Shown piece by piece: positions 10,656-18,908 of a stretch of 32,000 nt of DNA (positions within the stretch are counted from its first letter, which is position 1; the number at the start of each line of letters is the position of its first letter). The notes under the pieces were generated by a model. That model was not told where the DNA came from. It did not search any database and saw only the letters and a program-made list of their open reading frames with translations. A program made the translations under genes and the position numbers. The DNA comes from Wigglesworthia glossinidia endosymbiont of Glossina morsitans morsitans (Yale colony) (lineage in GTDB: Bacteria > Pseudomonadota > Gammaproteobacteria > Enterobacterales > Enterobacteriaceae): NCBI RefSeq assembly GCF_000247565.1, contig NC_016893.1, positions 270,001 to 302,000 of the forward strand. The letters run 5' to 3'.

Positions 10656-11663
10656 TTAATTTTTAATCGAATCACTTTGAGAATCTAAGATAAATTTTTT
10701 TACCATTTCTACCATAGATGCTGTTCCAGAGAAAAAAGGAGAACATTGATGTATAAATTTTGGAATGATATCTAAAATTCTTATATCACCATTAGTAGCT
10801 TTCCCTGACGCTTCTTCTGCAAGATATGCGATAGGATTACATTCGTACATTAATCTCAATTTGCCATACATATAAGACTGAGTATTTGGATATAAATATA
10901 TTCCGCCTTTCAGCAAACTTCTATGAAAATCTGCTACTAAAGATCCTACGTATCTGGAAGATATTGGATTTTGATCATATTGATTTTTGCAATATTGAAG
11001 GTATTTTTTGATACCTTTTGGAAAAGAATTATAGTTTCCTTCATTAATTGAATAAATATTTCCTGTATCAGGAAATTTTACATTTTTTTGAGATAATATA
11101 AAAGTTTCGTACGATGGATGATATGTAAATATGTGTACTCCTGATTTTATAGTAAATACTAAAATAGTTGCAGGTCCATATAATATATACCCTGACATTA
11201 TTTGTTGATTGCCTGGTTGTAAAAAATCTTGTTCACTTATTGAAATTCCAATAGGACTGACCCTAGGATAAATAGAAAAAATTGTACCAATAGGAATATT
11301 GATATCTGCATTTGAAGAACCATCAACTGGGTCAATAAAAAAGATATATTTACCATATTTTTCTTGTTCTTGAAATGTTATAATTTTTTTTTCTTCCTCA
11401 GAAACTATTCCTGCAATATTGCTGCATGTTTTTAATATATCTTTAAAATTATTGTTAGCAATGATATCTAATGTGATCTGATTTTCTCCGTGTATATTTT
11501 TTGTATTTTTTTTTTGAAAAAAATTTGATGTATTTCCTAAACTAACATGATAACGTATTATTTTAACAACTAATTCTATAATAGTAAAAAATGAGTATAT
11601 TTCTTCTTTTGAAATTAAAAAATTATTATGATGATGAAAAATAAATTTACGTAGCGATATCAT
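10656..11663 (-). CDS. fbp: Fructose-1,6-bisphosphatase class 1
   Basis: 'GIVSEEE', 'IDPVDGSSNADINIPIGTIFSIYPRVSPIG', 'SRYVGSLVADFHRSLLKGGIYLYP' and 'KLRLMYECNPIAYLAE' are conserved. Confidence 0.96.
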   Translation of the reverse strand: MISLRKFIFHHHNNFLISKEEIYSFFTIIELVVKIIRYHVSLGNTSNFFQKKNTKNIHGENQITLDIIANNNFKDILKTCSNIAGIVSEEEKKIITFQEQEKYGKYIFFIDPVDGSSNADINIPIGTIFSIYPRVSPIGISISEQDFLQPGNQQIMSGYILYGPATILVFTIKSGVHIFTYHPSYETFILSQKNVKFPDTGNIYSINEGNYNSFPKGIKKYLQYCKNQYDQNPISSRYVGSLVADFHRSLLKGGIYLYPNTQSYMYGKLRLMYECNPIAYLAEEASGKATNGDIRILDIIPKFIHQCSPFFSGTASMVEMVKKFILDSQSDSIKN

Positions 11664-12146
11664 AAGTTCCCTTAAAACTAAATTGTTTTTTAATAACTAA
11701 ACGATAAAATTTTTAAACGAATATAATAGTTTAATTTTTTAAAAAATAATATCAATTAAATTGAAAATTTTAATTTTTAAGAATTAATAACGTTTTTAAT
11801 ATTATACTGGATTAAAAATTTCGAAAGAAATTTCAAATTTTTGAAAATATTATATAATTGTAATTTTTTTATTATCTTTAGTAAAATTAAATGTTTTAGT
11901 TAAATTATATATGATAAATTTATTATTTTAAATAAAATAAAATTTTAAATAAATTTTAATAAAAAATTGAATCATTCAAATATTATCAAAATAATAAATA
12001 TCTAAATTTTTAGATATTCTACATTGTATATTCGTGAATAAATGTGATTTATTGCTTACTGAAAACTCTATATTATTTAGTAACAAAATATCTTTCGCAT
12101 TTATTGTTAATAATTATAAAAATTATAGATAATTATATCAATATTA

Positions 12147-13130
12147 TTATTTATAATTTTTAACATGCTCCTTTAAAAATACTTTTGCGAGTGCTTTCAA
12201 ACCTTGACGATATGAAGATGAAGGTAATACATTTAAACAAGAAATTGCTTTTTCTATTTTTAATTTTGCACAATTTAATGTAAATTCTAAAGAATTGTAT
12301 TCGTACATAATTTTTAAAATGTTATGCAATAAGTGTCTTTGGTTTCCTACTCGTATTGCTGTTTGAATAAAGTTAAATTGTTTTTGATTACTGTTTTTCA
12401 TCGCGTGTAGTAAAGGTAAAGTTAGTTTGCCATTATTTAGATCATTGCCTGCACACATTTCAGATCGAATGTTTTTTACGTTATAATCTGATACATCATT
12501 AATCAATTGAAACGAAATCCCTAAATATTTACCGTAATTTCGTAATGCTTTTTCTTCCATTAAATTGGCTTCGGATAGTATTGCACTGGAATACAGTGCA
12601 GCTTCAAAAAGACTTGCAGTTTTTTGATATATAATTTGCATATAATTTTTTACTGTAATGTTTGGATCATTTGCATATGTTAATTGTAATATTTCTCCTG
12701 TTGCAATCATATTTACTGAGTTAGCAAGTATTTTAAAAATTCGTAAAGAATTTAAAGAAGAAATCATTTGAAAAGCACGAGTATAAATAAAATCGCCTAC
12801 TAAAATAGCAGATGATCTACCAAACATAAAATGTGCAGATTTTTTACCTCTACGAATTTTAGCATTATCTACGATATCATCATGCAATAAAGTTGCCATA
12901 TGGATTAACTCAATTAAGGTAGATAAAGTAAAATATTTTTTTGTTTTGCATTTTAATGCTTTTGTCGCTAATATTATCGCAATAGGACGAATATATTTTC
13001 CTTTGTTTTTTAACATATATTTACTCAATTTATTAATCAATTTAATTTTTGAATTTAATTCAGTAGCGATTTTTGTATTTAAAAATAAAATATCTTGAGA
13101 TATTAGTTTTTGAATGTCTTTTAGGTTCAT
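12147..13130 (-). CDS. ispB: Octaprenyl/polyprenyl diphosphate synthase
   Basis: 'GKYIRPIAIILATKAL', first Asp-rich motif 'LLHDDIVDNAKIRRGKKSAH', 'ILVGDFIYTRAFQM' and 'GKLTLPLLHAM'. Divergent from rplU, as in E. coli. Confidence 0.95.
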   Translation of the reverse strand: MNLKDIQKLISQDILFLNTKIATELNSKIKLINKLSKYMLKNKGKYIRPIAIILATKALKCKTKKYFTLSTLIELIHMATLLHDDIVDNAKIRRGKKSAHFMFGRSSAILVGDFIYTRAFQMISSLNSLRIFKILANSVNMIATGEILQLTYANDPNITVKNYMQIIYQKTASLFEAALYSSAILSEANLMEEKALRNYGKYLGISFQLINDVSDYNVKNIRSEMCAGNDLNNGKLTLPLLHAMKNSNQKQFNFIQTAIRVGNQRHLLHNILKIMYEYNSLEFTLNCAKLKIEKAISCLNVLPSSSYRQGLKALAKVFLKEHVKNYK

Positions 13131-13275
13131 ATATAGAAATATAAAATTTAATTAAATATTACTATTTTCTATTATTTTATATTTTTAAAAAAGAAATAAA
13201 TATTATCAGCTTGTTTTTATTTTACAATTTCACTAAAATAGAAGCTCAAAATTTATTAAATTTCGAGAAAAATGT

Positions 13276-13587
13276 ATGTATGCAATTTTTGAAAGCTATG
13301 GAAATCAATACCGAGTGAAAAAAGGCGAAGTTTTATTTTTAAATAAAATTTCCGCTAATTTAGGGAGTGTTATTGAATTTGAAAAAATTTTGTTGTTATC
13401 TAAAGATAATCAAATATTTTTAGGACAACCGTATGTTCAAGGAGCACGAATATTAGCTAAAATCAATAATCATATTCAAAAAAAAAAAATTAGAATTATT
13501 AAATTTTCTCGAAGAAAACATTTTAGAAAAAATCAAGGATATCGACAAAAATTAACGAGTTTAAAAATAATAGATATTTGTTATTAA
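13276..13587 (+). CDS. rplU: 50S ribosomal protein L21
   Basis: 103 aa: 'MYAIFESYGNQYRVKKGEVLFLNKI', 'VQGARILAKI', 'FSRRKHFRKNQGYRQKLTSLKI'. Located upstream of rpmA. Confidence 0.97.
   Translation: MYAIFESYGNQYRVKKGEVLFLNKISANLGSVIEFEKILLLSKDNQIFLGQPYVQGARILAKINNHIQKKKIRIIKFSRRKHFRKNQGYRQKLTSLKIIDICY
13498..13498. other. Placeholder point inside rplU just after the in-frame A12 tract (tract spans 13478-13489)
   Basis: Direct reading of 'catattcaaaaaaaaaaaattagaatt'. The frame is intact (H-I-Q-K-K-K-I-R-I-I). Listed only to point to the tract discussed in the findings. Confidence 0.3.
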
Positions 13588-13598
13588 AAAGGTAAAAT

Positions 13599-13856
13599 AT
13601 GGCACATAAGAAAGCTGGAGGTTCTACAAGAAATGGTCGAGATTCAATCGGAAAAAGATTAGGGATCAAATTGTTTGGAGGACAGAAAGTGCACCCAGGA
13701 AACATTATTATTCGACAAAGAGGTACTAAATTTCATCCTGGATTTAATGTAGGATGCGGTAAAGATCATAGCTTATATGCTTTAAAAAAAGGCGTAATAT
13801 ATTTTAATAAAAATAAGAAAAACAAAAAAAAATTTGTCAATGTTCTCGTAGAATAA
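13599..13856 (+). CDS. rpmA: 50S ribosomal protein L27
   Basis: '[48 protein letters not shown]'. Confidence 0.98.
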   Translation: MAHKKAGGSTRNGRDSIGKRLGIKLFGGQKVHPGNIIIRQRGTKFHPGFNVGCGKDHSLYALKKGVIYFNKNKKNKKKFVNVLVE

Positions 13857-13956
13857 AATAAAAAAAATTTTATTGATATTGAAAACATCTAAAATATATT
13901 AGAGTTCATTTATTTTAAAAATTAATTTTATTTCAGTTTTTAATATTGGAGAAAAA

Positions 13957-14973
13957 GTGCATTTTTTAGATTACGCGACAATTTTAGTACAAGGAGGCAA
14001 AGGTGGGGATGGACTTATAAGTTTTAGAAGAGAAAAATACATCCCTTATGGAGGTCCAGACGGAGGTAATGGAGGCGATGGAGGAAACGTTTGGATTTGT
14101 TCGAATAAAAACTTGTATGACTTATCTAAATGTGTTTCTCGCAATTCTTTTATTGCTCAAAATGGACAAAACGGAAAAAAAAATAATGCTTCTGGAAAAA
14201 AAGGAAAAGATATCGTTATTTCAGTACCGTTAGGTACAAAAATATTTTACATGCGTAATACACACGAAATTGTTCTTGGAAATACAAAATATCATGATGA
14301 AAAATTTATTGTTGCTAGAGGCGGAAAACATGGTTTTGGTAATTATCATTTTAAATCTTCCGTTTGTAGAGTACCAAGAAAATGTACTACCGGTGAACCG
14401 GGAGAATCAAAAATAATTAACTTAAATTTTACTCTTTCAGCAAATGTTGGATTATTTGGACTTCCTAACACCGGACGTTCTTTATTTATGAAAACTGTTT
14501 CACGTGCAAAACCTAAAATTGCACACTATCCATTTACTACAAAATTACCATATTTAGGGGTAGTAAAAATAGATAAAAATAAAAAATTTATATGCATCGA
14601 TATACCGAGCATTAAGATAGACCACTATGCAACAAATGCAAATAAGTTTAGTAAACATTTGCAAAAATGTAAATTAATTTTGCATTTCGTACATATAGAT
14701 TGTTCAAACATAAAAGATACTATTAAAAATATTGAGATCAGCATAAAAATAATAAAAAATTTTGGAAATTTAAGATTAAAAACTTTTTGGTTGATTTTTA
14801 ATAAATCAGATCTAATCTGCAATAAAAATCTATTTATGAAACAAGCAAAATTTATATCATATTCTACAGGATATCAAGATAACTTTTTTGTGATTTCTTC
14901 TCATACAAAACACAACTTAAATTTATTATTGCAAAAAATTTATGACTTTATTTTAGTTAAAAATAATAGATAA
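13957..14973 (+). CDS. obgE: Obg/CgtA family GTPase with divergent GTPase motifs
   Basis: N-terminal Obg domain 'GGKGGDGLISFRREKYIPYGGPDGGNGGDGG', then 'ARGGKHGFGNYHFKSSV.R.PRKCTTGEPGE' and a G domain 'GLPNTGRSLF...HYPFTTKLPYLGVV...NKSD'. Located downstream of rpmA. Confidence 0.93.
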   Translation: MHFLDYATILVQGGKGGDGLISFRREKYIPYGGPDGGNGGDGGNVWICSNKNLYDLSKCVSRNSFIAQNGQNGKKNNASGKKGKDIVISVPLGTKIFYMRNTHEIVLGNTKYHDEKFIVARGGKHGFGNYHFKSSVCRVPRKCTTGEPGESKIINLNFTLSANVGLFGLPNTGRSLFMKTVSRAKPKIAHYPFTTKLPYLGVVKIDKNKKFICIDIPSIKIDHYATNANKFSKHLQKCKLILHFVHIDCSNIKDTIKNIEISIKIIKNFGNLRLKTFWLIFNKSDLICNKNLFMKQAKFISYSTGYQDNFFVISSHTKHNLNLLLQKIYDFILVKNNR

Positions 14974-15037
14974 ATATTATTTTGATTTATTTAATTTAAT
15001 TAAAAGTTAATTTAATTTGAACTAATTTTTTTAAAAT

Positions 15038-16216
15038 ATGGAAAAAATATTTGACATTGTTATTGTTGGTGGAAGTATTATAGGAAGCAGTATAGCAATT
15101 AAATTGCATCAAGCAGGATTTTTAATAAAATTAATTGAAATGAAAACTCCATGTAGATTTATAAATAATCAAATTCCAGATTTTAAAGTTTTAGCTTTAA
15201 ATAATACTTCAATACAATTTTTACGCGAAATTAATGTATGGCAAAAAATTGAAAAAAAATTTTACACTAAATTCAAATACATTGAAACGTGGAAAGATCC
15301 TTTTTTTCCAATATACTTTTGTTCTGAAATTTTAAATAAATCTAAATTAGGCGTAATTATTGAAAATTACAGATTATATCAAGAATTATTAAATGTAATA
15401 AGTTCTAAAAAAATCAATGCTCAATACAATACATATTTAAAAAATATATGCTATCTTCCTTCAGAAAATCTTTGGAAAATTCATTATGACAACGAAAAAA
15501 CTATATTTAGTAGGATGATTATTGGTTCTGACGGACAAAACTCTTGGATTAGAAAAAAATCTGGTATACCTTATTTAAGTTTTCAATATAATCAAGCTTG
15601 CATGTTGATTATCGTAAAATTAAAAGTAAACAATAAAGATACCGTATGGCAATCATTAGATCCAACAGGTCCGAAAGCATTATTACCTTTATATGAAAAT
15701 TGGGCATTGTTGATTTGGTATGATAATCCTAATTACTTATATGAATTACAAAAAATGCCTAATCAAAAAATTGAAAAAAAAATCATAGAGAATTTTCCTA
15801 AAAAACTTGGACCAATACATTTATATAAACATAAAGTAGTTCCTTTAAAGTTTTTATATGGGTATCAATATGTTCAACAAGGACTAGCATTAGTAGGAGA
15901 TGCGCTGCATACTATACATCCATTAGCAGGACAAGGTGCTAATCTTGGTTTTAGGGATATAAAAATTTTGTCTGATTTATTAATTTCAGTTAAATCTGAA
16001 AAATATACATGGAATCACATATCAATATTAAAAAAATATGAAAAGAAATGTAGATTATATAATACAATTATGCAGTTTGGTATCGATACGTTTCGCTTAT
16101 TATTTTCTCATGATTCTATTTTAACTGAAAATATATGTAATCCTATTTTTAATGTAGCAGAATCTTCTAAAATATTAAAAAAAATATTAATTAAATATGC
16201 TTCTGGAATTTTTTAA
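15038..16216 (+). CDS. ubiF: FAD-dependent ubiquinone-biosynthesis monooxygenase, UbiF-like
   Basis: N-terminal FAD motif 'DIVIVGGSIIGSSIAIKL', then 'VIGSDGQNSWIRKKSGI', 'YGYQYVQQGLALVGDALHTIHPLAGQGANLGFRD' and 'LKYASGIF' at the C-terminus. The paralogue choice (UbiF over UbiH/UbiI) rests on 'YIETWKDPFF', 'PTGPKALLPLYENWALLIWYDNP' and 'LKYA.G'. Confidence 0.85.
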   Translation: MEKIFDIVIVGGSIIGSSIAIKLHQAGFLIKLIEMKTPCRFINNQIPDFKVLALNNTSIQFLREINVWQKIEKKFYTKFKYIETWKDPFFPIYFCSEILNKSKLGVIIENYRLYQELLNVISSKKINAQYNTYLKNICYLPSENLWKIHYDNEKTIFSRMIIGSDGQNSWIRKKSGIPYLSFQYNQACMLIIVKLKVNNKDTVWQSLDPTGPKALLPLYENWALLIWYDNPNYLYELQKMPNQKIEKKIIENFPKKLGPIHLYKHKVVPLKFLYGYQYVQQGLALVGDALHTIHPLAGQGANLGFRDIKILSDLLISVKSEKYTWNHISILKKYEKKCRLYNTIMQFGIDTFRLLFSHDSILTENICNPIFNVAESSKILKKILIKYASGIF

Positions 16217-16220
16217 ATAT

Positions 16221-17023
16221 TCAATAATTTATCAAAATAAAAATAATATATGCAATTAATAATCTATATATAGCAAAAAATATTAAAGATGTACGATATA
16301 GAATAGGAATTAAAAATTTTCCTAAAAAAAACGATACTAAAAAAGATGTAAAAATACTTAAAACTATCAAATAAGCATTTATTATAAAAAAAGAAAAATT
16401 TTTATAAGTATCTATTATAAACGTTCCACAAGCAATAACAATAAATAATATTAAAGAAAATTCAAATGCAACTTTTCGTGTAAATCCCAAAATTAATCCT
16501 GTAGCAACTGTAATTCCTAGTCTAGAAATTCCAGGAAAAAGAGAAAAACACTGAATAAATCCAATAATTGATGCTTGATAATAATTTATTTGATATATAT
16601 TTGTTACTTTTTTTGTGTCAGATTGTAATAATTCTGAAATAATAAGTACTATTGATCCTGCTATTAAGTGATATGTTATATGTTCAGGTAAATATATTTT
16701 TTGTATATCATGATAGAAGTACGTTCCTGTTACAAAAACAGGTAATAATCCTAAAATACAGCATACAAAAATTTTGAATAGTTTTTTTTTTCATTAAAAT
16801 TACTTAATAAGTAATATGTTGTATTTTTTATATTATTTTTAAATATTAAAAATAAAGATAGTACTGGACCAATTTGAATCATTATTGCTAAATTCTTAAT
16901 ATTTTCTAAATTTATATTGAATAAAAAATTCATTAAAATTAAGTGTCCACTAGACGAAATAGGCAAAAATTCAGTAATGCCTTCTACGATGCCTAATACA
17001 ATTGAAATTAATATTTGCTTCAT
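16221..17023 (-). CDS. uppP: Undecaprenyl-diphosphatase, reading frame interrupted at a poly(A)10 tract
   Basis: The N-terminal ORF (from 17023) is 'VEGITEFLPISSSGHLI'. The C-terminal part resumes in another frame after the T10 (+ strand) run at 16782-16791 as 'KLFKIFVCCILGLLPVFVTG...IIGFIQCFSLFPGISRLGITVATGLILGFTRKVAFEFSL'. Both halves are collinear with E. coli UppP/BacA. Confidence 0.9.
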
Positions 17024-17052
17024 AAATTTTTTTATAAAAAAATATGTTAAAA

Positions 17053-17415
17053 TTATTGTTTTTTTATATGACGTATTATTGTAATACCTACATTCGATGC
17101 TTCTAAAATTGCTGAAGGCTTATTAATTGTTATTTTTATAAATGAAATAATAGAAAAATTAGTTATTAACATATCTACTATTTCTTCGGCAAGATTTTCA
17201 ATTAAATTGAAATGTTTTTTCTGTACTAAAAAAACAATTGCATCTTTAATTTTTATATAATCTATATGATTTATCAATGAAACTGTATTTTTAGAACAAC
17301 ATGAACGAATTGAAAGCTCAATGTCTATAAATATTTTTTGTAAATAATTTTTTTCCCAATTGTTTATTCCAATTGAAGCCATAATTTGTAATTTTTTAAT
17401 AAATAAAATGTTCAT
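17053..17415 (-). CDS. folB: Dihydroneopterin aldolase
   Basis: 'MNILFIKKLQIMASIGINNWEKNYLQKIFIDIEL', 'LIENLAEEIVDMLITNF', 'ITINKPSAILEASNVGITI'. Start revised from the ORF-track Met at 17556 to the Met at 17415, based on similarity to FolB. Confidence 0.92.
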   Translation of the reverse strand: MNILFIKKLQIMASIGINNWEKNYLQKIFIDIELSIRSCCSKNTVSLINHIDYIKIKDAIVFLVQKKHFNLIENLAEEIVDMLITNFSIISFIKITINKPSAILEASNVGITIIRHIKKQ

Positions 17416-17438
17416 ATTATTTTTTAACAAAAATTTTA

Positions 17439-18449
17439 TTAAGGTTTTGAAAGATCTTCTAAACACCATCGTGGTCGAATAAATATTTTTCTTGATGCAT
17501 TTTTTTTTAAACGGATTGACCCGACATAAGCAATCATAGCAGCATTGTCGGTGCATAAAGATTGTTTTGAAAAAAATAATTTCCCTCCTCTACTTCGCAT
17601 TACTTGATTTAAACGTTTTCTAATAGCATGATTTGCACTGACCCCTCCTGCGATTACTAAATTTTTGCATTGAGTAAAATTTAGTGCTCTACGACATTTA
17701 ATTTCTATTGTATCAAGTATTGCATCTTCAAAAGCACGAGCAACGTCGCAGCGTGTTTGATGATCTATTTTAGAATATGAACAAATAACATTTTTTACAT
17801 ATGTTTTTAATCCAGAAAAACTAAAATTTACTCCAGATTGTTTTATCATAGGTCTAGGAAAAAAAAATCTTTGAGAATTTCCATATTTTGCTAATATAGA
17901 TAACTTTTTACCTCCCGGATAATTGATACCTAATAAATTTGCAGTTTTGTCAAATGCTTCTCCTAATGCGTCATCGAGACAATCTCCGAGAATTTTGTAT
18001 GTTCCAAGACTATTTGCTAAAATTAATTGAGTATGTGCGCCAGATATAATTAGACCTAAAAATGGAAAATTTGGTTTTTTATTTTCAAGCATTGTGGTTA
18101 GTAAATGTCCTTCTAAGTGGTGTATGCCTACGGAAGGTATACTTAAAGAATATGCTAAAGCGCAAGCAAAAGAAGCACCGATAGCTAAAGATCTTTCCAA
18201 ACCAGGTCCGGCTGTATAGGCTACTCCAGAAATGTCTGAAATTAATATATAAGACTTTTTCAATATTTTTTTAAGAGTAGATTGGATATATTTTAAATGA
18301 TATTCGGATGCTAGCTCTGGTACGATTCCTCCATAGTTAGCATGCACATTTTTTTGATGTACGACTTTATTTATAATTAAACCTTGCTTTGTATCATAAA
18401 TTGCTACGCTTGTGTCGTCACATGACGTTTCGATGCCTAAAATTAACAT
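17439..18449 (-). CDS. tsaD: tRNA N6-adenosine threonylcarbamoyltransferase
   Basis: 'LGIETSCDDTSVAIYD', 'GGIVPELASE.H', 'AYTAGPGLERSLAIGA', 'HHLEGHLL', 'GLKTYVKN', 'AGGVSAN..IR' are conserved. Divergent from rpsU. Confidence 0.97.
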   Translation of the reverse strand: MLILGIETSCDDTSVAIYDTKQGLIINKVVHQKNVHANYGGIVPELASEYHLKYIQSTLKKILKKSYILISDISGVAYTAGPGLERSLAIGASFACALAYSLSIPSVGIHHLEGHLLTTMLENKKPNFPFLGLIISGAHTQLILANSLGTYKILGDCLDDALGEAFDKTANLLGINYPGGKKLSILAKYGNSQRFFFPRPMIKQSGVNFSFSGLKTYVKNVICSYSKIDHQTRCDVARAFEDAILDTIEIKCRRALNFTQCKNLVIAGGVSANHAIRKRLNQVMRSRGGKLFFSKQSLCTDNAAMIAYVGSIRLKKNASRKIFIRPRWCLEDLSKP

Positions 18450-18642
18450 AAATATGAAAATAAAATGATAAAAGTAAATATTTTTACATATGTTTTATAT
18501 TTTGTGTTATAAAATATAAGTTTATGATTTTATTATATTTTTCATAGAATAACTAGTTAAAATTAAATTTTTAAAATTTTTATAATATAATAAAAATTTA
18601 ATACTAAATAATATCAAAAATTTTAATAAATAAGGTACATAT

Positions 18643-18858
18643 ATGCCAATAATTAAAATTCGTGAAAATGAACCATTTGACGTAGCTTTACGTCGCTTTA
18701 AACGTTCTTGTGAAAAAGCAGGAATTTTAGCTGAAGTACGTCGAAGAGAATTTTACGAAAAACCTACAACAGAAAGAAAAAGGGCAAAAGCTTCTGCTAT
18801 TAAAAGACATGCTAAAAAAATAGCACGCGAACATGCAAGAAAAATTAGATTATATTAA
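18643..18858 (+). CDS. rpsU: 30S ribosomal protein S21
   Basis: '[47 protein letters not shown]'. Confidence 0.98.
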   Translation: MPIIKIRENEPFDVALRRFKRSCEKAGILAEVRRREFYEKPTTERKRAKASAIKRHAKKIAREHARKIRLY

Positions 18859-18908
18859 TTGTTTCAATTATATAAAATATTATAAATCTTTTTGCAAAAA
18901 ATAAGAGT

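Noticed and set aside
17416-17556. 47-residue N-terminal extension of the folB ORF in the track (start at 17556), overlapping the 3' end of tsaD
   Set aside because: FolB similarity starts at 'MNILFIKKLQ' (17415). The upstream part is the out-of-frame complement of the tsaD end and looks like chance open frame.
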